NCBI GenBank assembly: GCA_010093605.1
Contig: MU004191.1
Location: 976,816 to 1,040,815 of the forward strand
Source: Lophium mytilinum
Taxonomy: Eukaryota
Length of the DNA: 64,000 nt
Direction: 5' to 3'
Below are positions 38,398 through 51,086 of this stretch, in pieces; position 1 is the stretch's first letter; the number at the start of each line of letters is the position of its first letter. The notes under the pieces were generated by a model that was not told where the DNA came from, ran no database searches, and saw nothing but the letters and a program-made list of their open reading frames with translations. A program made the position numbers and the translations under genes.

Positions 38398-41300
38398 ATG
38401 GCTGGGGCGTACAGCTATGATTCTCTTCCGCCGTTATACGAGTCTCAGGACTTAGCAGAGTAAGCGCTGATTCCACAGCGATCTTTTAGGCAAACAATTA
38501 GGCTTATAAAAAACTTCTATAGTGGGCGCGAATACTCCTTGGACTTGGCATCGACTCTATATTCCCCAGATCCGCGACAATCAGGATCCGACTCTCCTCT
38601 ATCGAAGAACGTTGATGTCAAAGATGGTGCCAGTATACATAGTACCTCGACGGGTTACTCGACTTCATCCTCAAGCTTCGAAAAGCTCAAGCATGGGCTC
38701 GGACTAAAGTCACTTCGGCGCAAGGCCGTAGGAAGCTGGAGGCTAAGCAAGACCAAGCGTGCTTGTGAGACCGAATATGTTCGCGTGGGAAAGGGTTGGT
38801 GGCAGGATCAGCTCCTGTCTGATCGATCTATCCGAGGAATGGCTGCCCTAACGGCCATGTTCGCCATCGCTATGGTATGCTTGAACTTCCTTTACATATT
38901 GCTATATGTGATTGGCGCCAGTGTCTCTGTGCTAAACCTCGTAGATTGTTATTATGGCTACCAATGCAGGCGCGTTCAGGAACCGGCCAAACAGGAATTC
39001 CACGTCTGTCGGCGGGAACGAGCAATCATGTAAAAGTGTGCAGCGTACGAACTCGGCTTTGCTCATAATCATCAACATTGCCGCGACTATGGTTCTAGGA
39101 ATGTCCAATACGTACCAGCAGATGGTGACGAGTTTGAAAGTCGGGGACATCAAATACGTCCTATCGTATGTCCTCGTCCCATCCAAAATCCTTGTCTAAA
39201 GCTAACCTGAAACACAGAAAATATGGCGATACACGGGTTGGCACAAATTCCCCCTTCGCCATTAATCACAAGCGTGAAGGAAAGCTCAATGCTTGGCTGG
39301 CATGGTTACTTCTTATCTGCACATCGCTGCCTGTGCATTTCCGTATGTACGTTTCAGTCTAATTACCCTGTGTCCATACTAACAGAAGCTACAGTCGCTA
39401 ATAGCTTGATCGGACCATCTTTGGTGTTCACCCCACCAAAAGCCGTTGAGTACAATGCCACTACCATCACAGGCTACAGGTCTTACAGCTACTCTGACAA
39501 CTCGATCACGGCCGAAAACTCCTTCCTCTGCTGGAGCGCCTTACGGACCGGCATATCCAGGTTTCCTGCCGATAGCTATGGCCGGTTAGGTTTGTTCGAT
39601 CAGATGGATGATTCGAGCTATTATAGCTCGAGCGCAACGAACTACGGCCGGATAGTTGTCGCCTACGACAAAGGAAACTGCAGCAGTCTCGTAAACAACA
39701 CCAACGTTATACAAGCGCAAAGCGAATACAACAGAACGCTCGAGTATACGCAATTCGAGGTTGGAAGCTGCCTCTTGGGCACTAACGTTTTTTGTGATCT
39801 CCACGAGCCATCAACTGGAGCCTGCCGATTAAACATTCGGATGCAAGCTGCCTTCATACTGGGCGGATGTCTTGTTATCAAAGCGATTTATATGATCGCA
39901 GTCAACCTGATTGCTCGCGGAAAGGTTAAGCGGCAATGTTTGACATTTGGCGACGTCATTGTAGCCTCGGCGTCGGACCCTGAGCTTCGAGTGAAAGACG
40001 AGTGTAGGCCTATCAATCTATATTTCAAATGTTGCTTGCTGATTATGACTAGGTATGGTTAATGCAGCTGAAAGTTATCGCAGGTACATATTACCCCAAC
40101 ATTACTCTCCTGCCCAGAACTGGACTACTTACTGAGACATCTCTACGATAGGCAGACTGATCATACCTGTCACAAACACTGCACGGCCGAACCCTCTACA
40201 ACTGGGGACGAAATCGGACATTGTCAAAAGTGCAAAAAGTTTAACGTTGTGAACAAATTCGTTCCTCTTCCTCAGCCTACCATTGTAAGATAAAAGCAGC
40301 ATATTCTAACCTTGATCTGCCACCACTAACGACTTACCCAGGCCACCAAGATCAAGAAGTCTCTTATCAGCAATCTCGGAAATACAGCACTCACACAAAT
40401 GTCAGTCAATCATCTTCCCGGTCTCCGCTAACAGTAGCTGACAAACCCGAAAGGGCTCTCCTGTTCATCTGTAGTTTAGCTATGCTGATGGGCTCCATCG
40501 TTGTAGCTTACATGGCCGGCTCTTCGTTTAGCTACCAGAAAGCCAATTGTAAGACCAGGTACGACCGCATGTACGAAACTTACTGCAACGAATCCGATAC
40601 AACAAGGCTTGCTCAAGTTTCGGGCGGGTGGGGAGGCTTCAATTCCTCTTTGCAGGCCGCCTCGCTTCCCCCGGACAAGCTTTCAAGTGAACTGCTAAGC
40701 TTCTGCATCAGTAACGGAGCACAGTACGTCCATGAGCCTACGCCTCCCAGCTGAAGTTTGGCTAAAATGTCTGCAGATTCGTTTACTCGCTACTTTATCT
40801 CATGCTCATTTACAACATCACATTGATATGCCAGGAGAAGGATTGGGGGGATCTCGAAACACGTCGGCGTCATCTACGCTGCACGATTGTAACCGGGGAA
40901 GCATTCCGTGAAGATTATTTACTGCAACTGCCAAAATATGTCCTGTTTCCAATAATGGGTTACAGTGTACTCACACACTGGATGATCGGCGAGGCTCTCC
41001 AAACACAAGAAAGTGTCTGGCGTGACACCAAAGGCGACCATCCAATCGAGCACTCACAATACATCGTAAGTCGACTTCCTGAACCTCTGTCTGACTATAT
41101 GACTGATCAGAGTAGATCGTCTACGCAGCGTACCCCCTATGGGCAGCAACCGTCTTAATACTCTTCATGACTGGACTCTGCTGGTGGGCGTTCACGTATC
41201 GTCGAGAAGGCTTCATCCCTCAGATGTTTGGTTCGCTACGGGCTTGCTGCGCCGCAACTTCCGAGCTGGATGATTTTACTCCAGATGGAATCCAATGGGG

Positions 41301-41448
41301 AGATCTAGGCGCTGGCGAGAAATTTCGGCATGCGGGTCTATCGGCAGAGCCTGTGGGCAAAATCCATCCGAATGAATTATACGCGGGTCGTGGGGAGCAT
41401 AGCAAGCAGACTTCTGGACCGGTGCGGAGGCTGGTGCACGACGATTGA
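38398..41448 (+). CDS. multi-exon integral membrane protein (DUF6536-like fungal family)
   Basis: Spliced model from ATG 38398. LLIIINIAAT..LG.SN.YQQ, WLLLICTSLPVH...NS, C.L........GGCLVIKA, LTFGD.I, Y.LQLP.Y..P.M..S...HW, SL...AA resemble this family from memory. Confidence 0.7.
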
Positions 41449-41809
41449 CTGAGGTGGTAGGGAGATCTCATGTGATGCATTGGATCTATATGATCTGCTT
41501 TGGCTTGATCTCTTCAGGAATGAACGTTTTATACCCGTTTGGTATTGGTAATGGTAACTCAGATAATGTGCGACGGGTGACGGGAATGGACCTAGAAACA
41601 TTTACACTTAGATAGACATACGAGGGTGCGTTAAGAGGAATGAACAGCATCCATCTTCGACGTTCGCAATACCGTCAAATTCATTTGTGAGATGAAGGTA
41701 ATAAATCACGTGCCGCTGACCTAAACGCCAAGTCGCACCCTTGCCAAAAGTATTTCCTCAATCTGATACCACACCAACTCTCACACTTCCATACACAAAA
41801 CCACCCACA

Positions 41810-42887
41810 ATGCCGTCCGCCAAACCGAACCCCAAATCGCGAAACCATAGGGTCCCTACCTCCGTCTCCTCCTTCACAATCCTCCCCCTCACGCTCCCCC
41901 CACTTCCAGCTCTCAAATCGCAACCATCAACCCCACACTACCTCTACATCCAACCGCACGACCCTAAACTCCCGGAGCCCGATACCGAGCGCAGTCTTTT
42001 CATCGCCAACGTCCCCATTGATGCTACCGAGGGCGCAATTCGCGACCTCTTCGCGGACCAGCTCGGCGGCGGGCGAGTAGAGCGCGTAGTGTTTGAAGCC
42101 AGTGTACCGAGCTATGCGGCGCTGAACACCAATCAGGCCGATGGGACTAGGGGTGAGCGGAGGGGCAAGAAGAGGAAGAGGGGCGTGGTCAGTGAAGACA
42201 AGGTGGGGGTAGTTGAAGATGCGGAGACGGCGCTGCCCCGCGTTTGGGAGCGCGGGCTGTGTGTTAGTGGGAGCAGTGCGGTAGTTGTCTTTGTGGATCG
42301 GGCGAGTGCAAAGGGGGCATGGGTGGCGCTGAGGGCAGCTGTCAAAGGGGGCGAGGAGGTGGTGTGGAGGGGCGAAGGGGGTTTAGGGGAGAAGAGTGAG
42401 TTCGATATTCATGCGTTGCAAGGAAGATTGCTAATGAGATGCTATAGGATACCGGAACCATCATTCCCTAACTTTCCCACCCCGAGCTACGCTTCAGAAG
42501 TCGATAAACGCCTACCTCACGGCGTTTACAGAGGCCGAGGCCATGAGAGACCGCCTACGTGCGAAACAACGCGCTGTGCCAGATGAAGACGGATTCGTTA
42601 CTGTTGTTCGTGGCGGACGAATCGGGCCAGCTAGGATGGAGGAAGCCCAGGCAGCCAAGGAGAAGGCGGAGGAGAAGGATAAGAAGAGAGTTGCCAAAGA
42701 TGACTTCTACAGATTCCAAACGCGGGAGAAGAAGAAGGAGAGGGAGATGGACCTGCGGCGGAAATTTGAGGAGGACAGGAAGAAGGTGCAAGAAATGAGG
42801 GAAAGGAGGGGCAAAGTCGTGGTAAGTGGATCCTTCGAATCGTTTTGAACGCAGATTTGGCTAATGTTTCTCTAGCCTATGTCATGA
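41810..42887 (+). CDS. RRP7: ribosomal RNA-processing protein 7
   Basis: HYLYIQPHDP...RSLFIANVPIDATE..IR.LF, VPDEDGFVTVVRGGR, DFYRFQTREKKK...LRRKFEEDRKKV..M. Two introns. Confidence 0.93.
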
Positions 42888-43805
42888 TTATGATACCCAT
42901 TCTAGAAGAACATGGTTGGAGCGCATATATGAGCAGCTCTTGGTCACGGGAGTCCCTACCTAGAATATAGGAACGGCAGTATTGCCTCAAGAAAGGATAC
43001 ACAACGATCACCTCGGTGTGTCAGACAGTAATGGGGAACTAAGCCAACCTCTTCGCGGACTATAGACCGTAATTGACACAACTTTTCAACCGCCATCAAG
43101 ACACCGAGGCATCCAACTTCTCCACTGCAACCTTATGTGATATGCGACTTTAAATACGCCATCTGCACCAAGTGTGACTGATGAAGCATCAGAGCTGCTA
43201 ATATAGCCTCATACCCTAGACGAGGCTACAACCTATATTCTTGAGCAGAGGCTCCTTGTCCATTTCTTCGAACGGCCTTCGCAGAATCTTATTCAAGAGC
43301 TCCATGGCCGGAACGAGCAACTCGGCACGTGCTGATCAGGTTTTAGATACCCCTATAAAAACGCTGAGATAGGCTCCCCGCGACACCCTTGTGTCCTCAC
43401 ATGCTCAACATCTCAACCGACTAACGAACGCGCTACAACTTGCTATAGGATATGTAATACAAGCATCTCCAAATCAAAATACCAGATAACTATCCGATGT
43501 TGAGGTCTTCGGGCATCCGGGCATGCAAAACCTCACCGAATGCGGAACGCTACCTCGGCAGTTCTTGGCCCTTCACATGGCAGTGACGAAATCCGGGGAA
43601 GGTCATGCTGCACTTTCTCCCGGCGCACTCCATATAAACGCCTTTCACAAGCCATTTTCTGACCTCTATACCCTTCTGTTAACCTTCAGCTTCCGCTCCC
43701 TATCATAACTATTCAACCCTCTTCCACCCACTGCAGACTCGCCCAACACTCCCGCCCACGTCTCACACCACTGGACAAAGCCTCCCACAATCCACCACAT
43801 CTACA

Positions 43806-44251
43806 ATGTCTCTCAAGAACGGTACGAACGTTTCGCTCGCACGCGAAGCTAGGATAGCGAAACTAACAGCACCACAGACGCCTTTCCCTCCTCCGCCGCC
43901 TTCGACGCCATCGCCGCCTCCCTCTCCACCTCCGACGCGGACCGCAAAGACGCCATCAAGAAGGGCGGCACCATCTTCGCCTTCACATTGAAGAACGGCG
44001 CCGGCGAGACAGAGTCCTGGTACATCGACCTCAAGGAGACCGGCACGGTTGGGAAGGGCGCGGCGCCCGAGGGCAAGAAAGCCGGCGTCACGTTGAGCTT
44101 GTCGGATAAAGACTTTCAGTCGCTGATTGCGGGCAAGGCGAATGCGCAGAAGCTGTTCATGGCGGGGAAGCTGAAGGTTAAGGGGGATGTGATGAAGGCG
44201 ACGAAGGCGGAGCCGATTTTGAAGAAGGCGCAGACGCAGGCGAAGTTGTAG
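43806..44251 (+). CDS. peroxisomal SCP2 sterol-carrier/fatty acid-binding protein
   Basis: MSLKN-DAFPSSAAFDAI, SWYIDLKETGTVGKG.AP, NAQKLFMAGKLKVKGDVMKA. C-terminal PTS1 AKL. Intron ~43822-43878. Confidence 0.93.
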
Positions 44252-46469
44252 ACGGGGAGAGGGAGGAAGAGGGATGTGTATATTAGAAGATCAGTCATGT
44301 ATATCAGATGTCTGCTTGCGTTTCCAGCGCCTCGAACGGTATGAGTCCTCTCAGACCAGTAAAGTATCGCTGAATCTTACTTTCCGAGGTCTGATATCGC
44401 GTCTACTCATCTTTCGAGGCATTTGACACCTTTTCTAAGGATTTCGAATCCTGGAACTCCTTACTAGACCACGGAACAGGGTGAACGATCTCATGTACAT
44501 AGATTTAGAGAATTAGGCAGTCCGACACATTGAAGAGGATTCCCTTAGTACAAGTTCTTTCATAGACGGGCACACTCATTCTTCTTAAGAGGGACACGTT
44601 CTAGTCAAGATCTCTCTAACCTCGGCCAGGCTCTAGACGTCGTTTTTACTAAAACAATTGCTCTTCTCCTCAAAAGCCATCTCACATGGCTTTACTGTCT
44701 GGCTGGCGCTATCCCCTTTCCGTACGCAGAATCACATCCGGCATGACTTCGGCCTAGTAGTAAATTACCTTTACAGCTAGACTGACTTCACTGGTTCTAA
44801 TCCTGACGTCGTCCTCCCCTGAGCCACTTACGAGTACTGTCCTGTCAGGCCCACCGTTCTTTGAAAAGCCCGTCCGTAGACTTGCAGTTCCTTGACTATC
44901 CGCCTCTAAAGGCTTTTTGCAATCCGCTGTGCTCTGGTAACCACTGCCCATTTCTCGCTGCGGTCACTGCAATCTCGCCAGATTCTTCCGTGGTATGAAG
45001 TGCCTTTGAGACCCAACCATCGATTCCGAAAACGAAACGAGGACGGAAACACTGAGAAAAACGACAATTGATTGTTCTGGCAGTGGGTCTGATTATGTTG
45101 ATCAGACTGCTCTAGTGCAGTTCGTTCTACTCCCCGGAGCAACAACACTTTGAAGGCATACTTGAGCAGAAACTTTCAGACCAGTGTTAGATCCCTGCAA
45201 TAGGATGTAGTACCTGGATCCAAAGAACATACGGAAGCACCTAAGGTCATAGAAAACTCAAATAATCCACTATGCCAAAACGACCATCAACCTCAATCCA
45301 AGAGGAACATGCCGGCCTGAAAGCAGCAAGAGACGTCCTCAACGGTCCCGACTGCCTCAAACGCACCCCCACTATTTGCCCCCAAGCCTCGCTCCTCTAC
45401 GTGCAAAGAACTTGTCAATTTGTACACACCTTCGTTACCACACGTCTCTGTTGCAACAATATTTCGTTTCTTTCGTGCTTCGCTAGCTTCCTCAATTTAC
45501 AGGTTTCTTATATCAAAATCTTACTCCAACACCCCCAAAGACCCCTCTCTCCAACTTCCCAGGCCAGTTCGCCCCTGTCAAAGTCATCCCGCAGTGCGAA
45601 TGGGATGTTCTGTACGAGCGTTTCGAATATTCACCGGTCGGCGCCGGAAAGAGCGCGAGGACCTTGTTTAAAGATTATCCAACCATTTCAGGGTCCGAAT
45701 TATCTCCACCACAAGGGTAGTTGCTCCCTTTGTCCTTCTGCCGGCGAAACCCAGCCTGGGTTTAGAGTACTCTTTTTACGAGTTGGACTATTTGGAGTCA
45801 TTAGATTACAAGACTTGACGCATTTGGCGCTGTCGCCCTAATTCAATAGTCAGTGGTTTTGATGGACATAGATGAGGCCTATGTATCCAAGATATGTGGA
45901 TGTGCTCTTAACTCATGAGATATTAGGTACACATAGACAGGTAATATGTATTGACATAGGTACCTTACATGAACAACAAAGTGCGATGAAAGGCTGCTAA
46001 AAGATCACCTTACTCAGGGGTTATACTCAATAGAGACCAGTCGCATATCAAGAATAGATTTCTTAGTGGAAATTAAGGAGTAAGGTTCAAAATCCATAGG
46101 TTAACAATCAAACTCTAGCTCCCTTCAATCCGGTGAGAGCCCCTCTCCGCACTGTGATCTGCTGGCTTGTACTTATCGGCTTTAGTATTCGAATTTAACT
46201 TCGCAGCAGGCTATATGTCACTCGAGGTATGCTTTATTGTCCCCCACTATCCACTCCGCTCTTAACCACTTCCACACGAAAAATAAGAAGAGAACGGAGA
46301 TAGATCTGAGGTTGCTATCAGCGTACAGTGCGCTCGGTGTGTAGGCACCTGTAGGCGAGTTGCTTCGTATGTAGTCAAATCCGGGTGCTTGGGCCTCCGT
46401 GACGCCGAGCTGAGAAGAATATGGGTACGGGAGTTCCTCAGTTCCGTAGGCGACCACAGATTGTCTTCA

Positions 46470-46860
46470 CATTGTTGGAATATACTGCAGAGAGACGAGA
46501 CAGGTTAGTGGGGAACTGTACGATGCAACACGACTGAGATCAGCCGGGCCGGGAAAGATGTTGAAGGTGGGTGAGCAGGTGTTTGGGCTGGCATATGGAG
46601 AAGCGTATATGGAATATATTACTATCTACACGCGAAGGCCAGTGCATAAGCCGAATGGGTTTAGTCGGAAAGATTGTGCAGATATGCTGGAGGTAAGTTA
46701 TCCATCCCTTTGCTCCTCAGATCCTCCCGCGCGATTTGTCTGTCTAGAAGCATGTGTGCCCATCCGACAGCATCACCGCTAACGCTTCTTCCAGACCTGG
46801 ATCACTGCAACCCAGTCCCTGTACCCAACCCGCTACTACAACTCCGGCTTCATTAGTACT
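46470..46860 (+). pseudogene. degenerate fragment of NAD(P)H:quinone oxidoreductase (PIG3/zeta-crystallin MDR family)
   Basis: LKVGEQVFGLAYGEAYMEYI...HKP...E, intron, TWITATQSL matches family pattern VGDEVFGLAYGGAYAEY...PETWITA.QAL. Key residues are altered and no N- or C-terminal continuation is visible. Confidence 0.7.
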
Positions 46861-47410
46861 CTGTTACGCCGATCTGGGCTGGTAAACGGCCCGAAGCAGC
46901 TGACAGCCTCAGGGAGTATCCTGCACGTTTTGGTGATTTCTTTAAATCTATGCTCGTGAAATGAAGGACAGCACTGCATTGCTTTTCGTCGTCACTGTTG
47001 TTTTATTGTAGTTGAAAAAGTACAGAAGCCGACGTGATGGAGCAGCTTCTATTTACGAGCGTCCCAACGCAGTAAGTATAGTCCCGCCGGAGTCGTGTTA
47101 AATTCCTAACTGACTGATACCGACAAGCAACCACTATTGACTCAATGAATGAGGGTCATGCGGCAACTATCGAGGCGTGAGGTCGACAGGTTGGTCTTTG
47201 ATACTCGGTTGGACGGGCCTGTCAACTTGCCCTGACGGACTTTATGCACCGGCCGGAGACTCTCCAGGCCGAGTCTAGGAGACATAAATCAAGTCAAGTT
47301 CTTCCTTAGAAGTATAAACAATCCATCTAATCAGTAAGAGACTGCTATTTGCGATCTCATAAGTCTAATAACAACGGTTACAGACTAAAGAGATCCGCCA
47401 TCGCCAAGAT

Positions 47411-48469
47411 ATGCCCGCCATGCCATCCCGCTCCCAGATCTCCGCCCGATATAGCCGGACCACGCTAGGTTCTAAGAAGACGTTTGAATATGCCTGTGTC
47501 GGGGCTGGTGTGGCCACTAATATCCTGTTCTTCGTCGGACTCCTGGCCGGATCCATGATGCCGCCGCTGGCCCCTGCCCACACGGCCGAAGAAGTGTACG
47601 TAAGGTCCTATTGTATGATACTAAAGTCCTCTGGTGTCAATTCCCCTAGAAATGTGTTGAAAGACGACTTGAACACCTACTTGAGTCGCGTTTGAGCACA
47701 TATTGCAGTCATCTTGAGCACCAACTCAAGCTAAAATGGTGTCTCAAACACGATTCAAGTGGGACTCGAGGACAACCAACACCAAAGGATTGAGCATCTA
47801 TCCAAATTCACACCCCCTTCTTCACGAAACCCCGCTAACTTATGTATTACCACCTCAAGTGTCAGCCACTACAAACGCCACCTCACCGGCATCCGCGTCC
47901 TCGCAACCTTAGTCCTCTGGTCCGGCCCGCTCTACGTCATGTGGACGGCCGTCTGCTCCTCCCAAATGAAGCGCATCCCGGGCGTCCCCCACGCCGTAAC
48001 CGCAACCCAGCTCGCGTCCGGCGCGCTCGGCGCCGTGGGCTTCTACGCACCCGCCATCCTCTTCGCAACAACCGCATACCGCCCAGAGCGCCCGCCCGAG
48101 ATCACCATGGCGCTGAACGACCTATCATGGATCTTCACCGTCTTCGGCTTCACCCCCGTCGTCACGCAGAACGTCGCGTTCGGCTGGGCGATCCTGGCGG
48201 ACTTGCGACCTAAGCCGCTCTTCCCGCGCTGGCTGGGCTGGATGAACGTTATTTTGCCTTTTGGGCTGAGTCCGGGCATGGGGCTTCATTTTGTGCATCA
48301 TGGGCCGATTGCGTGGAATGGGTGGGTGACGTTTTGGTTGGGGTTTGTGTGGTTTGGGGGGTTGACGGGGGCGAATATTATGTATTTGATTCTGGCGATT
48401 GGGAATGATATGGAGCGGGATGCGGTGGAGGAAGTTGTGGTTGAGGATGTTACGAAGCGGAATTGCTGA
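47411..48469 (+). CDS. uncharacterised multi-pass integral membrane protein
   Basis: Exon 1 ends PPLAPAHTAEEV. Intron ~47597-47859. Exon 2: HY......IR, AYRPERPPEIT.ALNDLSW, PLFPRWLGW.N, GPIAWNG...FW. About six TM helices. Confidence 0.8.
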
Positions 48470-48802
48470 GGTGAGTTTTTCGTGTTTGTGCGGCCTTTTG
48501 TAGTTTACTGAGAATGGTAGGATTAGCAGTACAGCGTGGAATACACTTCCAGATCGAAGAATAATTGACTCGTAAAGCTATTTTATTGTCTATTAGGTAT
48601 GGCAGATCTAGTCTCTTGTCTTAGAGCCTGATGCTATAGATATGAGGAATGAAGGTGCTTTGTGTAAGCGTTGAGTAGATTTTCTAGAACTGAAGTAAAG
48701 ATAGCTTGTATCTTAGCTCTACTAAAACACACCACCTTGTCGAAGATCCACATAATCAGTAAGAGCCTCCGAGAAATGAAGTTGTAGCAGGGGGCGGTGG
48801 AC

Positions 48803-48931
48803 GAGTTCTTATAGCTGGGCTAGATTATATTGATGACTCATCAGCGCTAGAGGTTTTAATTGACTCTGGGTGGAGTAAACGGCGTAGCGCTGATGAGTCA
48901 TCAATATACTCTAGCCCTGCTATAAGAACTC
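48803..48931. repeat. near-perfect inverted repeat (47-bp arms, 35-nt loop)
   Basis: 48803-48849 is the reverse complement of 48885-48931 with 2 mismatches. Confidence 0.95.
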
Positions 48932-49456
48932 CGTCTCAGACAGTTCCCCTATAGTGGGCGACATGAAGAGAGAAGGTACCCCACACGTATTGATGTCGCT
49001 GACGCTCTCACTCAAAGTCTTCGCAGAACGATACGAGTTTCTAAAAATGATAAGACATGTTCCACAGTATGAAATTAGTAATGAATGTATATACAACAAG
49101 CTGCGTCTCAGCGTAATAATCGTCAAAAGCGTAAAGCGTGAAGCGTCCGCGCATCATCATCGTGAAGACCGTTCCGTCCACCAAACGAAGGTGAGAGAAG
49201 GGAGAAAAAACAAACAAAAAGAAAGCCGCCGCCTCAACTCTGTGCTTGCCAGAGGAAGCCGGCTCTTGCGCCACCGACCATAAACCCCGACCGTCCATGC
49301 AGAAGGTGCCACCATCATGAATACACCTCATAAGAAACAGAAGACCTCGTGCTCCGATCCCGAACCTTGAGTACGCCAGCCCAGCCCCGCGTTACACCAC
49401 CACTACAACTGATACCTTTACATGACGTAGTGACTAGCGTACTTTTCGAGCGATGC

Positions 49457-51086
49457 TCATCTCCACGAGAACACCGAGCTCCTCAAGAACCTCCTCATAT
49501 GCTCACTCCCACCCCACACCTGCTCCCGCGCCTTCTTGCCCACCACCGCGCTCCGCCCCTTGCTCAACCACCTCGCCAACCCCTTCCCTTGCACCTCTCC
49601 CTCTCCCTCTTCTTCGCCCATCAGTGGTCCTAAGATCCGCGGCTCCATGTCAACCGGGCTCAGCATCACAGGCACGTCCATCACCTCCTCCGCCTTCCGC
49701 TTCCACTCTTCAGAGCCCGTCAGGCGCGTCAGCGGCGCCAGCGCATCATCCCAATCGCCGGAGCGCAGCGTGACGTCTTCGAAGTTGAAGTCCGCAAGTG
49801 TGCGGCGGTGCGCGTGGATGAAGGATGAGATTTGGGACGAGTCCATGAGCGCATTTTCGAGCTCCATGGCGCGGAGGCGGGGGAACTTGAGCGTGCGGGG
49901 TCCCGTAAGCTGGGGCTTCACCTGAGCGGAGTGGGAGCTTCCTGGTGGAGTGGGCGGTTGCATGCAAGGCTCGCGGTCTAGAGAGAGCGGCGAGGGGCCG
50001 CGCTCGCCGCGCCAGCGGAAGAAGAGACGGGTTAGAGTGGGCGCGAAGGCGCGGAGGTAGGCGTGGAGGATGCGGAGGTGCTCGGTGCGCGATTTCTGGG
50101 CAAAGGGGAAGGAGTCCATGTGGATTGCTAGTTTACGGATTTGGGCCCAGCGGCGGGACGAGCGGGGGGTGGATCCGAAGGCGAGCATGGGTTGGAGGTA
50201 GAGCAGGCCGCCGGGGTGGATAGGGAGGAGGGAGAGGGTGGTTAGTTGGGGGAGGTGAGCGCGCTCGATGGCGATGCGGAGAGAGATGAGAGCGTAGTCG
50301 ACAGTGCTGCGGCGGTAGCGTTGGGCGGTCTCTTGACCTGGGCAGCTGATTTTGAGATGGGAGAGGGCTGGGAGCAGTGAGAAGGCTCGGATGAAGGCTG
50401 GGATGTTGGTTGCGGCGTGGAAGAGGGGTGGGTATTGCTTGATGAGGAGGTCGGTCATCTCCCAGGATCCATACTTGGGTTGCTTGACCTTTCCGGCCAG
50501 CGTATTAGGTGGATGGACCTGGGGTTCATAGAGAAATGGTCGGTGTTCCCCGGTCAACGGGTCGACCAATGGAGGTAGGAAAGTCTCTGAAGTGTGAGGC
50601 ATATTGAAAGTGAGAGTCTTCACGTGACGGCCAACTCTCTCCAGGGCAGCCATGCGCGCCGGCTTGGTAAAGGTGCTTGGCTTGAAGGTGATTGAGACAT
50701 CTTGAAACAGGAAGGGCGTGGCTCGAGTAGCAAAGTCGTGGCACACCAGGCGGACATTGGACAGCTCCTCCTTGGGCACCTCTTCGAGCAGCGCATTGCG
50801 ACAGGTATCATTCAGCCAGAATCTGAGGAATGAGGAGCTTGTCGACAACACGAGGTTGCAGATGGAGCTGTTCGATCGATGTGCTGATTGGGAACTGTCA
50901 GTGACGTTGCGCGAAGCACGGTGTCTATGGCAGCTCACATCTCCCGTCAGCTGAGGCGGGCGTCAGCGGGATTTCGCCGAATAGCAGCTTCGAAGAGGCG
51001 CGCGAGGCCTTGGAGGCCTGGCTGCCATGGCTCTCGCCTGATACCGATCGCTTCAACGACGGAGGCGACAGGTGAGTGGACGTCAT
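49457..51086 (-). CDS. conserved fungal protein with F-box-like N-terminal motif
   Basis: ATG 51086 (MTSTHLSPP...LLFGEIPLTPASADGR). Intron 50938-50884 (GTGAGC...CTGAC...CAG) keeps the frame. LLEEVPKEELSNVRLVCHDF is F-box-like, followed by an LRR-like region. Confidence 0.75.

Noticed and set aside
36312..44251. Sterol gene cluster (ERG2 plus SCP2)
   Set aside because: Separated by unrelated genes (membrane protein, RRP7); likely coincidence.
48885..48935. Hammerhead ribozyme (CTGATGAG core)
   Set aside because: No suitably placed GAAA core or three-stem junction; the motif is explained by the palindrome.
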